Positions 50,901 through 60,036 of a stretch of DNA of 64,000 nucleotides are shown here, piece by piece. Positions within the stretch are counted from its first letter, which is position 1, and each line of letters opens with the position of its first letter. The notes under the pieces were generated by a model. That model saw nothing but the letters and a program-made list of their open reading frames with translations, did not search any database and was not told where the DNA came from. The stretch is from assembly GCA_964605145.1 (NCBI GenBank), contig CAZSBG010000009.1, forward strand, positions 28,727 to 92,726, in the 5' to 3' direction. A program made the position numbers and the translations under genes. Origin of the DNA: an uncultured Cytophagia bacterium (lineage in GTDB: Bacteria; Zhuqueibacterota; Zhuqueibacteria; Thermofontimicrobiales; Thermofontimicrobiaceae).

Positions 50901-50945
50901 AATGAATGTTAAACAGTCTGTTAATCGTTATTTGAAACGTATTTC

Positions 50946-51317
50946 TCAGTCAATAAATCGAATCGTCATGGGATATCGATACTGCTCTCCATCATTGGCT
51001 TTGATTGCGGCGATAATCGTCACCACGAAACCAAAGATCAAAAAACCGATCAATAATGGAATACCCACAAGCACGATCGATAAAATTGACGCGGCAATCA
51101 CGTAGATCGTCAGGGTTATCTGAAAATTCAGAGCCTCTTTGCCCTGATCGTCAACAAACGGCAATTCATCTTTTTTGATCAGCCAAATGACGAGTGGACT
51201 GATAATATTGCCAAACGGGATAAAAAAAACAGTAAAGGCGCTGATATGACATAGCATGGCCCACATATTTTCATCTCTTCTGACGTTGGTCGTGGAATTT
51301 GAATTCACTGTGCTCAT
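50946..51317 (-). CDS. DUF4870-family small membrane protein
   Basis: The motif WAMLCHISAF...FIPFGNIISPLVIWLIKKD is characteristic of DUF4870. There are two or three TM helices. Confidence 0.6.
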   Translation of the reverse strand: MSTVNSNSTTNVRRDENMWAMLCHISAFTVFFIPFGNIISPLVIWLIKKDELPFVDDQGKEALNFQITLTIYVIAASILSIVLVGIPLLIGFLIFGFVVTIIAAIKANDGEQYRYPMTIRFID

Positions 51318-51433
51318 TTTCTTGCTCCGGTTAATGGAATAACTAATTCGATCTCTTAAGTGTCCTACGAAGGAATTTTGTTGATGTTTCCTTTTTGTTT
51401 CGATTTGAACCGGGAATCAGCGATAACCATCGC

Positions 51434-53674
51434 TTACAGATTTTTTTGCCAGAATTCCACCATCCGATTGAACAAGTGAATCCGAGCCGGACGGTCCGCA
51501 ATGCCGTGCTTTCGCATGGGATAGATCATCATATCGAACATTTTATTGGCTTTGATCAACTCATCCGTGAAGCTCCACGCGTTTTGAATGTGGACGTTGT
51601 CGTCGTACGTGCCGTGCACGAGCAGCAGCCTGCCGTGGAGGTTTTTCGCGCTTCGCAGCAGGGACGTGTTTTCGTACCCCTCTGGATTTGCTTCCGGTGT
51701 TTTCATCACGGTTTCGGCCCATTTGGTGTCGTAAAAATGCCAGTCTGTCACCGCAGCCACAGCGATGCCGGCCTTGAACTCTTTGGATTTGGTCATGCCT
51801 AACAGGGTGTAACTTCCACCGCCGCTCCAGCCCCAGATTCCCACGCGTTCCGGATCGATATAGGGCCGGGATTTGAACCATTGCACTGCGTCAACCAAAT
51901 CATTCAGTTCGCTTTCACCCATCATGTTTTTGTAAATATCGGTCTCCAGGGTTTTGCTGATGGCGGTGGCGCTGCGATTGTCCACACTGGCAACGAGAAA
52001 ACCATTTTCAAGCAAAATCTGGTTGAAATAATTGGAGCTGCTCCAACTGTTGGAAACCGTTGGCGCGGAAGGTCCGCCGTAGACATTGAAAATGATGGGA
52101 TATTTTTTTTCAGGATCGAAATTTTTTGGTTTCAGCAGCGAGGCCGGCATGGGAAATCCATCGCGGGCCGGAACAGTGAAAAGTTCCGGGTAGTGCATGT
52201 CGTATTCAACAGCCAGCATGGTGTTGGAAAGCGCCAACATTCTGACCAGTTTGCCATTGTTTTTATGTAAGCCCAGTGAAGGCGGTTTGGAAATGGTCGA
52301 AAATCTGTCAAAATAATATTTCGCGTCCGGGCTGAAATAGATTCCGTGGGTGCCCTCAGTTTGGGTGAGCTTTTTCATGTCGCTTCCATCGAAGTTGATT
52401 CGATACAGATGCTTTTCCACGGATGATTCTTTCAGCGATGTGAAATAGATCCACTCCTTTTTTTCATCGATGGCAGCAACCGCCTGGCGCAGCCAGTACA
52501 CACCGCCGGATGCGCGAATCGCCCATTTACCTCTGGTGATTTGATTGACCAATTGGCCATCCATCGTGTAGCGATAAAGATGAGCATAGCCGTCCCGCTC
52601 CGATGACCAGATGAAATGGTTGCCATTTTTCAGGAAGTACAGGTCGTCGTGAATGTTGACCCAGGCCTCATCGGTTTCCTTTAGAATGTGGGTGGATTTG
52701 CCAGTGCTGCGGTCCGCGAAAAAGAGATCCAGCTCGGTCTGTTCGCGATTCAGCGTTTGAACGCTCACCTGTTTGCTGTCCGGCAGCCATTTCACGCGCG
52801 CGATATATTCCCAGGGGTGTTGCTCCAGGTTTACCCACGTTGTTGCGCCTGATTCAATTTCGACAATGCCGACGCGGACAATGGGATTCGCGCCGCCGGC
52901 TTTCGGGTACCGCTGTTTGATAACGCGGGGAACAGCCGGTTCGAAATCCACATAATGCATCACGCTCACTGGCGAATCATCGGTTCGCAGGAACGCGATG
53001 GCTTTGGAATCTTCGGCCCACCAGTAGCCGTTATCCTGCCGCCCGTACACTTCTTCCCAGTACACCCAGGAAAGCGTGCCGTTGAGAATGGTATCGGAAC
53101 CATCGCTGGTGAGCCGCGTTTCCGCGCCTTCAGCAATGTCGTACACGTAAAGATCGTTCTCCCGGACAAAGGCTAATGCGTTGCCATCCGGCGAGAAATT
53201 GACGCACTTTTCCTCGGCTTCGGTTTCGGTGACGCGACTCAAAGTGGCGTTCTTCAAATCGAGAAGAAAAATATCGCCCTGCATGAGATACACAGCGCGG
53301 TTTCCGCTCGGATCGAAAGAATCCGGCCACATCACAGATTTCGGGGCGTGGTCTTCTCCCAACAGCGAAGTAGCGCTGGCAATGGCCTTTTCACGATCCA
53401 GGGCTGGTGCCCGCTTCCCGTTTTTGGGATCGAGCTGTTCGAAGGTCCGCTCTTCGCCCGGGACTCGCGTGTCGTAAATGAGCGCGTTTCCATCTTCCAG
53501 CCAGAAATACAGCGGAACCGAGGTAATTTTGCGGCTCTCGCCGCTGTAAAGCCATTCCACGGTGATGGATTTCTTTTCCTGGGCCAGACAAAGAACCGTC
53601 GAAAATAGAAAAACGATAATAAGAGCAGAAGAAATAGAAAATATTGAAAAACGACGCATGATAATTTCTCCCAA
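51434..53674 (-). CDS. S9B family dipeptidyl-peptidase IV-like serine peptidase
   Basis: A signal peptide precedes a beta-propeller N-terminal region. The nucleophile elbow is GIWGWSGGG, with Asp and His downstream. The length is 746 aa. Confidence 0.85.
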   Translation of the reverse strand: MGEIIMRRFSIFSISSALIIVFLFSTVLCLAQEKKSITVEWLYSGESRKITSVPLYFWLEDGNALIYDTRVPGEERTFEQLDPKNGKRAPALDREKAIASATSLLGEDHAPKSVMWPDSFDPSGNRAVYLMQGDIFLLDLKNATLSRVTETEAEEKCVNFSPDGNALAFVRENDLYVYDIAEGAETRLTSDGSDTILNGTLSWVYWEEVYGRQDNGYWWAEDSKAIAFLRTDDSPVSVMHYVDFEPAVPRVIKQRYPKAGGANPIVRVGIVEIESGATTWVNLEQHPWEYIARVKWLPDSKQVSVQTLNREQTELDLFFADRSTGKSTHILKETDEAWVNIHDDLYFLKNGNHFIWSSERDGYAHLYRYTMDGQLVNQITRGKWAIRASGGVYWLRQAVAAIDEKKEWIYFTSLKESSVEKHLYRINFDGSDMKKLTQTEGTHGIYFSPDAKYYFDRFSTISKPPSLGLHKNNGKLVRMLALSNTMLAVEYDMHYPELFTVPARDGFPMPASLLKPKNFDPEKKYPIIFNVYGGPSAPTVSNSWSSSNYFNQILLENGFLVASVDNRSATAISKTLETDIYKNMMGESELNDLVDAVQWFKSRPYIDPERVGIWGWSGGGSYTLLGMTKSKEFKAGIAVAAVTDWHFYDTKWAETVMKTPEANPEGYENTSLLRSAKNLHGRLLLVHGTYDDNVHIQNAWSFTDELIKANKMFDMMIYPMRKHGIADRPARIHLFNRMVEFWQKNL

Positions 53675-53763
53675 TTAATGGAATTTTAGTTTCATCGTGA
53701 TTAATAATTTCAGGGATTTTGATTTTGTAATGGTTCTTAAATTTCTGCAAAATGCGAAAAAAT

Positions 53764-53855
53764 GTCATTTCGAGCGAAGCGAGAAATCTGCATAATTATT
53801 TGATATGATGAAAAATCCAGATTTCTCACTCCACTTCGTTCTGTTCGAAATGACA
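53764..53855. repeat. MITE-like palindromic element, copy 5 (TGTCATTTCGAG subtype)
   Basis: It runs from TGTCATTTCGAGCGAAGCGAGAAATCTG through a loop and CAGATTTCTC to TTCGAAATGACA. It is flanked by an outer 9-bp inverted repeat, CTGCAAAAT and ATTTTGCAG. Confidence 0.55.
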
Positions 53856-53976
53856 TCCAATTGTTAATTTTGCAGTAAATTAAAATGGTTATGCAATAGA
53901 AATTCTTTTTTTAACTTTGAGTTTAATTCGATATTTTCAGTTTTACATATTGGAATTTTTCAATAAGAACGTTAAA

Positions 53977-54492
53977 TTATTTATCATAAACCAATTTCTG
54001 TATCATGCTTTTCAATACTTGAAATTCTTCTTTGTTAAATCCCACAGACTGGTAAGCGATCTTGCCTGTTTTGTCGATCAAGTAATTTCTGGGAATGTAG
54101 GCTTTGGCGAACAATCCGTACACGTCGCGTTTTGGATCCGGCGCCATTAAAAACGTGAATCCTTTTTCGTTGTTAAATTTCACCAGTTCCTCGCTGCTGT
54201 GCTCGCGTCCCACAGCGATGACCACGAAGTTTTCTCCCTTGAATTTCTCCCAGATTTCTTTTTGCAGATGCGGCATTTCACTCATACACGGCCCGCACCA
54301 GGTGGCGAAGAAGTTAATCAGTACGGTTTTGCCTTTCATTTTCTGGATGTCGAATTCCTCGCCGGTAATCGTCGTCAGCTTGAATGAAGGAACGGCCTGG
54401 CCAACCTCTGTGAGCGTGGATTCTTTTTCGTCCTGGGCAAGAACAATGAGCGGCAGCAGCAAAAGTAGAATTGAGAAAAAAATAGTGCGGTT
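53977..54492 (-). CDS. TlpA-like thiol:disulfide oxidoreductase (thioredoxin fold), secreted
   Basis: The active site is WCGPC. The likely start is MNRTIFFSILLLLLPLIVLA, a signal peptide at ~54492. Confidence 0.8.
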   Translation of the reverse strand, partial: NRTIFFSILLLLLPLIVLAQDEKESTLTEVGQAVPSFKLTTITGEEFDIQKMKGKTVLINFFATWCGPCMSEMPHLQKEIWEKFKGENFVVIAVGREHSSEELVKFNNEKGFTFLMAPDPKRDVYGLFAKAYIPRNYLIDKTGKIAYQSVGFNKEEFQVLKSMIQKLVYDK

Positions 54493-54759
54493 CATGAAAT
54501 CCTCCAGATTTTCTATTTCCAAATTGATTTCCGTTGGATGAAATTTAAACAAATGTCGAATAAAAAACAAGCACGAAATGTGCGGGATAAAAGTCAGAGT
54601 TTTTTAACGATGGATTGTACAAAAAGTTATTATATTTTTGTTACGAATATTGTCTGTTTCAGCAAAATTAATTACATTGGAAAATTGAAATAACAAAGTT
54701 TGATTTAACTAAAATTATACGTTTTTCACCCTGTCAAAATTTAAGGATTTGAGCTGCAT

Positions 54760-55770
54760 TTGACCTACGCTATCGAAACAGTCGGATTGACCAAAGAATA
54801 TCCGCAACATCGGGGCTATTCGGAATTGCTCCTGCATCCGCTTCGAAAGAAATCGTTCACGGCGCTGAAAAATATCTCGTTGCAGCTTCGTCACGGTGAA
54901 CTGTTCTGCCTGTTAGGATCCAACGGCGCCGGAAAAACCACACTCATCAAAATTTTGTGCTCGCTGGTTTTGCCCACATCCGGCAAGGCATTTGTGGACG
55001 GATTCGATGTGGTAAAGCAGGGGGGAGAAGTCCGAAAAAAAATAGGTTACGTGGTCAGCGATGAACGCAGCTTTTACTGGCGCTTGACAGGCCGGCAAAA
55101 TCTTCAGTTTTTTGCCACGCTGCACAAAATGCCATCTTCCATCATTCCCGAAAAAATAAATCGATTGCTGGATATGACTGGTTTGCAGCCGGATGCCGAC
55201 AAGTTATTCAAAGATTATTCGTCGGGCATGAAGCAAAAGCTTGCCATTGCGCGGGGATTGCTCAATGACCCTGAAATGGTGTTCATGGATGAACCAACCC
55301 GCAGCCTCGACCCGTACACATCGCACATTTTGAGGAATTTCATCAAAGAAAAAGTTGTGGGGGAAAACGGAAAAACTGTTTTCCTGGCCACGCACAATCT
55401 GCAGGAAGCGGAAACGCTGAGCGATAAAGTCGCCATCATTCACAAAGGTCAATTTCGCGCGTTTGGAACCATGCAGGAAATTCTTCAAAATGGAAAGACG
55501 CGTCCGGTGTTCGCAGTTTCGCTCGCCCGACCAACGCCGGAAGTCCTGTCCCGCTTGAAAGAATCCTTGTTTTCAATTGAATTTATCAGGGATAATGTTG
55601 AATTGCCGCTGAATGGCACTCCTTTTGAATTTGAGATTTCTGGTTCAGAAAATGAAATTCCGAAAATGATTCGAATGATTGTTGAAGCCGGCGGGGATGT
55701 ATTGAGTTGCGCCCCAAAAAAAATATCGCTCGAGCATGTTTTCGCCAATTTCATTCAGGAGGGAAAATGA
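54760..55770 (+). CDS. ABC transporter ATP-binding protein (ABC-2 exporter type)
   Basis: Walker A is GSNGAGKTT, the signature is YSSGMKQKLAIARGL and Walker B is VFMDEPT. A C-terminal extension follows. The apparent start codon is TTG. Confidence 0.85.
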   Translation: MTYAIETVGLTKEYPQHRGYSELLLHPLRKKSFTALKNISLQLRHGELFCLLGSNGAGKTTLIKILCSLVLPTSGKAFVDGFDVVKQGGEVRKKIGYVVSDERSFYWRLTGRQNLQFFATLHKMPSSIIPEKINRLLDMTGLQPDADKLFKDYSSGMKQKLAIARGLLNDPEMVFMDEPTRSLDPYTSHILRNFIKEKVVGENGKTVFLATHNLQEAETLSDKVAIIHKGQFRAFGTMQEILQNGKTRPVFAVSLARPTPEVLSRLKESLFSIEFIRDNVELPLNGTPFEFEISGSENEIPKMIRMIVEAGGDVLSCAPKKISLEHVFANFIQEGK

Positions 55771-56582
55771 GAGCGAGCCTTGCCATTCCCTGGGCGTTTT
55801 TAAAACGCGACCTCCGCAACGAATCCAGTTACAAACTGCATTTTTTCATGCAAATGGCCGGGATTCTTTTTTCCACGGTGACATTTTATTTCTTGTCAAA
55901 ATTAATCGGCACAAAATTCAATGCGTATTTGAAGCCATACGGCGGCGATTACTTTTCGTTCGTTCTCATTGGAATTGCCTTTTCCCATTATTTGCAGGTG
56001 TCGTTGCAGGGATTCAGCAAGGTCATCCGCGAAGCCCAGGTGATGGGCATCCTCGAGCCGCTGTTGGTCACCCAAACGCGAGTCGAAACCATCATCCTGT
56101 CTTCGACGCTGTACAATTTTCTACTCACGTCGCTCCGCGTGATGGTTTTTCTGCTGCTGGGCGCCCTCGTTTTTTCGATGGACATCAGCAATGGAAATTT
56201 CCCCGGCGCGCTGTTGATTTTGCTGCTGACCATCCCATCGTTCAGTTGTCTCGGCATCATTTCAGCAAGCTTCATTATGGTGATGAAAAAAGGCGATCCG
56301 CTGTCCTGGCTGTTCAGCAGCGTTTCGTGGTTGATCGGGGGCGTTTACTATCCAGTTGCGATTCTTCCGCAATGGATGCAGCATTTGGCGTATCTGCTGC
56401 CCATTCGCCATTCCCTGGAAGGCATGCGCATGGCATTGCTGCAGGGATATTCGCTGAAACAACTGCTGCCCAGCATTATCCCGCTGCTGGTTTTTTCGGC
56501 GATCATGCTGCCGCTCAGCTTGTTAATTTTCCGTTTCGCGGTGAGAAAAGCAAAAATAGATGGGACGCTTACTCAATATTGA
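55767..56582 (+). CDS. ABC-2 type transporter permease
   Basis: The product has six TM helices. Its ATG overlaps the upstream stop codon (ATGA) by four nucleotides, which suggests translational coupling. The alternative-frame ORF 55736-56662 was rejected. Confidence 0.75.
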   Translation: MRASLAIPWAFLKRDLRNESSYKLHFFMQMAGILFSTVTFYFLSKLIGTKFNAYLKPYGGDYFSFVLIGIAFSHYLQVSLQGFSKVIREAQVMGILEPLLVTQTRVETIILSSTLYNFLLTSLRVMVFLLLGALVFSMDISNGNFPGALLILLLTIPSFSCLGIISASFIMVMKKGDPLSWLFSSVSWLIGGVYYPVAILPQWMQHLAYLLPIRHSLEGMRMALLQGYSLKQLLPSIIPLLVFSAIMLPLSLLIFRFAVRKAKIDGTLTQY

Positions 56583-57864
56583 AATCAGTGGCAGGGTTTA
56601 TGGGGCATGGGAAACCGGCTTTGTTCAACATCAATAATGATTTTTTTCTGCAAAGCAAATAAAAATAAAATACGACCGGAATGATGCGGTTAAAGAAAGC
56701 AATCACGGGATGAAGTACACTCAAAAGATAGACTTTTTTCGAATTTTGGGAGAGTCGGTATTTATTCCGTAATTTCTCATGAGAAGGGAACAGGCTGACG
56801 AAAATATGCCTCAATTTATTTCCGAAATTTTCAGCAAGTGAAAGACGGCGTGAGAACGAGAATACCTGCTGGTCAACTTTCTGGGCCATGTATAATCGGT
56901 CGAAATAATCCGGGGAAAACTCGGATTTCAATGCAATAAGTATTTCTGAGGGGATTATGTCTGGTATTACCTCATTTGCGAAAAACAGTCCTGCATAAAC
57001 AAAGTGCGACAATTTGTATTTGTGACAGTTAACCAATAACTGCTCCCAATTCAATCTTTCTTTAAACCGAAAAATTACAGCCGAAATATCGTTAATTTCC
57101 CGATAGGTGATGTTCGTGTTTAATTTATAGAAATGATGCACACACAAATGAAGAAGTGTATCTTCAGGGGAAAGGAAAAGAGCATCGATCTTGTCAATTT
57201 TTCCTTGTTTTACTCGGTCCCATATTTCATCAATTTCAATTTTGATAATTTGATTGTTAGTCCGTAACGTCCAGTGCAGTTCAATGGCCGGTCTCCTTTT
57301 TCGGGACATTGGAGCAGAATGGTGGGAAACTGGTGTGCCGTCTTTTCTCATGGCAGTTTTTGATGAAGATGAATAGTTATGCTCATGTAGAATTCTTCGC
57401 GCCCGATTCATATCATCTTTTTTCACCAACAAGTCAAGGTCGCTGGTCTTACGCACGCCCCAATCCTTGTAAACAGTATCCAGCAGCATTGGCCCTTTAA
57501 GAACGACTGTTTCAATTCCCTCTTTTCGAAATAATTCCAGCACAAATTTTAGTTCATCAAAGATAACCACATTCCAGCCGTATGCAGCAATGTATTTTTC
57601 TTTCAATAACGCGAAATGATCGGATGGAATCAAATCCTGTTTTCCGAAACATTTCAGGTTTGAATAAATCAATGAAGCGACCTGCTGATTTATGGCAAAC
57701 TCGACCAGAAAATCACAGCTTGTCTCGCTGGTTATCAGCGATTCAATTTTCTGAAAAATGGTTTCATCCGGAATGACTGTCGACAGAAGCCTGACCAGTT
57801 TTTTCTCTGTTGCAAATTTATTTCTCACAGTGAGCCTCGAAATGCAAGAAGGTTGGAAAAACAT
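56569..57864 (-). CDS. Uncharacterised nucleotidyltransferase family protein (NTP_transf_5/PF14907-like)
   Basis: The minimal nucleotidyltransferase fold motif is LKGPMLLDTVYKDWGVRKTSDLDLLV. The tracked ORF extends 5' into the upstream peptidase gene, so the start is uncertain. Shown here from the internal Met, MFFQ. Confidence 0.55.
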   Translation of the reverse strand: MFFQPSCISRLTVRNKFATEKKLVRLLSTVIPDETIFQKIESLITSETSCDFLVEFAINQQVASLIYSNLKCFGKQDLIPSDHFALLKEKYIAAYGWNVVIFDELKFVLELFRKEGIETVVLKGPMLLDTVYKDWGVRKTSDLDLLVKKDDMNRARRILHEHNYSSSSKTAMRKDGTPVSHHSAPMSRKRRPAIELHWTLRTNNQIIKIEIDEIWDRVKQGKIDKIDALFLSPEDTLLHLCVHHFYKLNTNITYREINDISAVIFRFKERLNWEQLLVNCHKYKLSHFVYAGLFFANEVIPDIIPSEILIALKSEFSPDYFDRLYMAQKVDQQVFSFSRRLSLAENFGNKLRHIFVSLFPSHEKLRNKYRLSQNSKKVYLLSVLHPVIAFFNRIIPVVFYFYLLCRKKSLLMLNKAGFPCPINPATDFNIE

Positions 57865-58364
57865 CGGTTGGTGTAATGAAACAATCGGCGAAACACACCT
57901 CGGAAAAAGCGGTTTTGCCGGGTGAAAAAATAGTTGCTCAGAATTCGCCATTGCATCTGTAGCAGCTTCCCGTACAAGAAATGAATTATGCGATAGCGCC
58001 GGCGTGTAAGATCAATATCTTGATTTTTGGCTTTTATTTCAACGACTTTTCCAAGCACAAGAGACTCCGGAAAAGGATTGTCGAAACGTCCCACAGAATC
58101 ACCCTTTGTGACGATGTAATTAAACATGCCTCTCTGAAATCGGGTTACAAATCGATGTGTGTAATATTTTGTTTCACAATCGATGAGAATAATGTCCCCC
58201 GGAATCAGTTCGGACGCTTTTGCAGCTTCAACAATAATATTATCCCCGGCGTGAATGACCGGGGACATGCTGTTAGTGATAACCTGAGATTTGATTGTTT
58301 GGCAAATAGCCAACTGCTCACGAAGAATTTCAGTTATCACACTTGCCAATTTTTGATCATTCAT
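57825..58364 (-). CDS. S26/S24-like serine peptidase (signal-peptidase-I/LexA fold)
   Basis: The Ser nucleophile box is NSMSPVIHAGDNIIV, and VTKGDSVGRFDNPFPES resembles box D with a candidate general-base Lys. The C-terminal tail is Arg/Phe-rich. Confidence 0.5.
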   Translation of the reverse strand: MNDQKLASVITEILREQLAICQTIKSQVITNSMSPVIHAGDNIIVEAAKASELIPGDIILIDCETKYYTHRFVTRFQRGMFNYIVTKGDSVGRFDNPFPESLVLGKVVEIKAKNQDIDLTRRRYRIIHFLYGKLLQMQWRILSNYFFTRQNRFFRGVFRRLFHYTNRCFSNLLAFRGSL

Positions 58365-58386
58365 AAAATAATTGCAAGTGATTTAT

Positions 58387-58536
58387 TCTATGTATGAGAT
58401 GGGGTACAAAGTAATGAAACAGATGTACAAGAACCAGCCAATGATTCAATAGTATTTGAATGACTGATGTTTGGTTTTATATATCGTTTCTTAATTGATT
58501 TTCTTTTCTTTTTCTCAGAAAAATTTTTTTCTGTCA
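58387..58536 (-). CDS. Candidate RiPP precursor peptide (49 aa; not in the ORF track because it is under 60 aa)
   Basis: Manual translation gives MTEKNFSEKKKRKSIKKRYIKPNISHSNTIESLAGSCTSVSLLCTPSHT. GGGAGA lies 10 nt upstream of the ATG. The start is 50 nt downstream of the radical SAM gene stop, and the stop is 23 nt upstream of the peptidase gene start. The leader is basic; the tail is rich in Cys, Ser and Thr and ends in Thr. Confidence 0.45.
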
Positions 58537-58590
58537 TGATACCAGATCTCCCTAATTTTATGATTTAGCGCAATGAAACAAACCTTAGAA

Positions 58591-59681
58591 TTAGTATATT
58601 TTTTCAATTGGATAATTGATAATGGTTTTTTTTGTTACCGATTTCCTGATACTCGCATGCCTGCATGATTCTTTTGCCGGCTCATAAAGGCTTCCATGCT
58701 CCATTAAAGCGAGCCCCGGGCAGGGACTACAGTAATCCATGTCGTCACAGGTTGCACAATGCTTTAGCTTTGTTAACGTTAATTCACGAATATGTTTTAA
58801 AACCAATGAATTCGACCAAATTTCACGAAATGGTTGTTGGCGTAAGTTACCTGCTTTTTGTTGTATTCGGACACAAGGATAAACATCTCCAAATGGCGAA
58901 ATTAATGTGACTATTTTGCCAGAACTACATATTGTTTCATTTAGGTCGCGATGAAAAAAATCCAAATTTGAAAAATTTTGCTTATAAAATTTAATAATGT
59001 CTTGTGTCTCTAACCGATATTTCAGCGGTAGTTTATCATTGTTCGCTTTTGGATTAATCACTGGATCCGGAAGAAATTTTGCACCAACAAAATCTGCATA
59101 CTCCTGAATGGCTCTCAATTCATTTATATTTTGTTTCATGACAATCGTTTTTATATGCACATTCATTTTGAATTTTATCAGATGATGTATTGCAGACATT
59201 GTTCGCGCAAAAGAACCGGGGATTTGTGTAATACCATCATGTATGTCTTCGGACATGGCATAGATGCTGATTTCAACAAACAGTGGATAGAACTCTGCAA
59301 TTTTCTTCGCGTAACCTTCTGTGATCAGCGTTCCATTTGTGAATAACCGCAATGCAAATCCTTTAGATTTCGCGTGCGAAATAATGTCAAAATAGTCTTT
59401 CCGTAGCATGGCCTCGCCGCCGGAAATTGCAAGGTACAATGTCCCTGCCTCTGCCAATTGATCCAAAATGTCTTTTACTTCATCTGTTGTCAATTCCTGT
59501 CTGTCCGGTTCGTTCACCGCGTAACAATGAACGCATTTCAAATTGCAGCGGTAAGTCAAATCCAGGTGCGCGTAAAGCGGTATATTTTTAGCTGCGGCTC
59601 TGCGCTCGAGGTCACCATAGGATGTGCTGTGTTTTTTGTTTGTCGGAGCTGATTGCATCAATAAATTTCCCCATTCAATCA
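58591..59681 (-). CDS. Radical SAM/SPASM-domain peptide maturase
   Basis: The CX3CX2C motif is YRCNLKCVHCY. The C-terminal Cys-rich SPASM region reads CVRIQQ...CATCDDMDYCSPCPG. The tracked N-terminal 31-50 aa read through a repeat element, so the start is placed at MIEW or MQSAP (~59657-59714, uncertain). Confidence 0.85.
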
Positions 59682-59709
59682 TTTCTAGTCGTTCGTTTCC
59701 AAAATAGTG

Positions 59710-59797
59710 TGTCATTGCGAGCGAAACGGGGTGAAGCGAAGCAATCCCCTGCCCACAAGCGTGAGATTGCTTCGGCCAAAAATGCCTCGCAATGACA
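59710..59797. repeat. MITE-like palindromic element, copy 6 (TGTCATTGCGAG subtype)
   Basis: It runs from TGTCATTGCGAGCGAA through an internal GAAGCAATC...GATTGCTTC hairpin to GCCTCGCAATGACA. It overlaps the annotated 5' end of the radical SAM ORF. Confidence 0.55.
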
Positions 59798-59875
59798 ATT
59801 ATTTGCAATGTTATTTAGTACTACATAGTCAGATTAAAAAATGTCTCGAAAAACAAAGCAGTATTTCATAATCAT

Positions 59876-59954
59876 TGTCATTCCCGCATGCTTTTAGCGG
59901 GAATCTCCTCGTGTTTTAGAATGAGATTCCTGCAAAAAACGTGCAGGAATGACA
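59876..59954. repeat. MITE-like palindromic element, copy 7 (short TGTCATTCCCGC subtype), inside an 18-bp outer inverted repeat
   Basis: TGTCATTCCCGC is followed by hairpins ATTCCCGC...GCGGGAAT, GGAATCTC...GAGATTCC and CCTGC...GCAGG, then AATGACA. The outer inverted repeat is TACTACATAGTCAGATTA at 59818 and TAATCTGACTAAGTAGTA at 59964. Confidence 0.55.
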
Positions 59955-60036
59955 GAAAAATGGTAATCTGACTAAGTAGTATTAGTATATTACAAATTAT
60001 TTTCTGATCATTTTTGGCAGAATATTTAAATACTCT

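Noticed and set aside
55736-56662. 308-aa ORF in an alternative plus-strand frame overlapping the ABC-2 permease
   Set aside because: The product is His/Arg/Ala-rich junk. The 55767-56582 frame gives a clean six-TM membrane protein whose ATG is coupled to the ATPase stop codon.
59716-59808. N-terminal 31 codons of the tracked radical SAM ORF
   Set aside because: They read straight through a MITE-like palindromic repeat, and the first ATG is part of the element terminus. The real start is downstream. The GH47 gene (36199-36297), PqqD gene (60469-60570), TlpA gene (54493-54570), Nudix gene (31071-31281) and nucleotidyltransferase gene (57865-57951) have similar 5' over-extensions.
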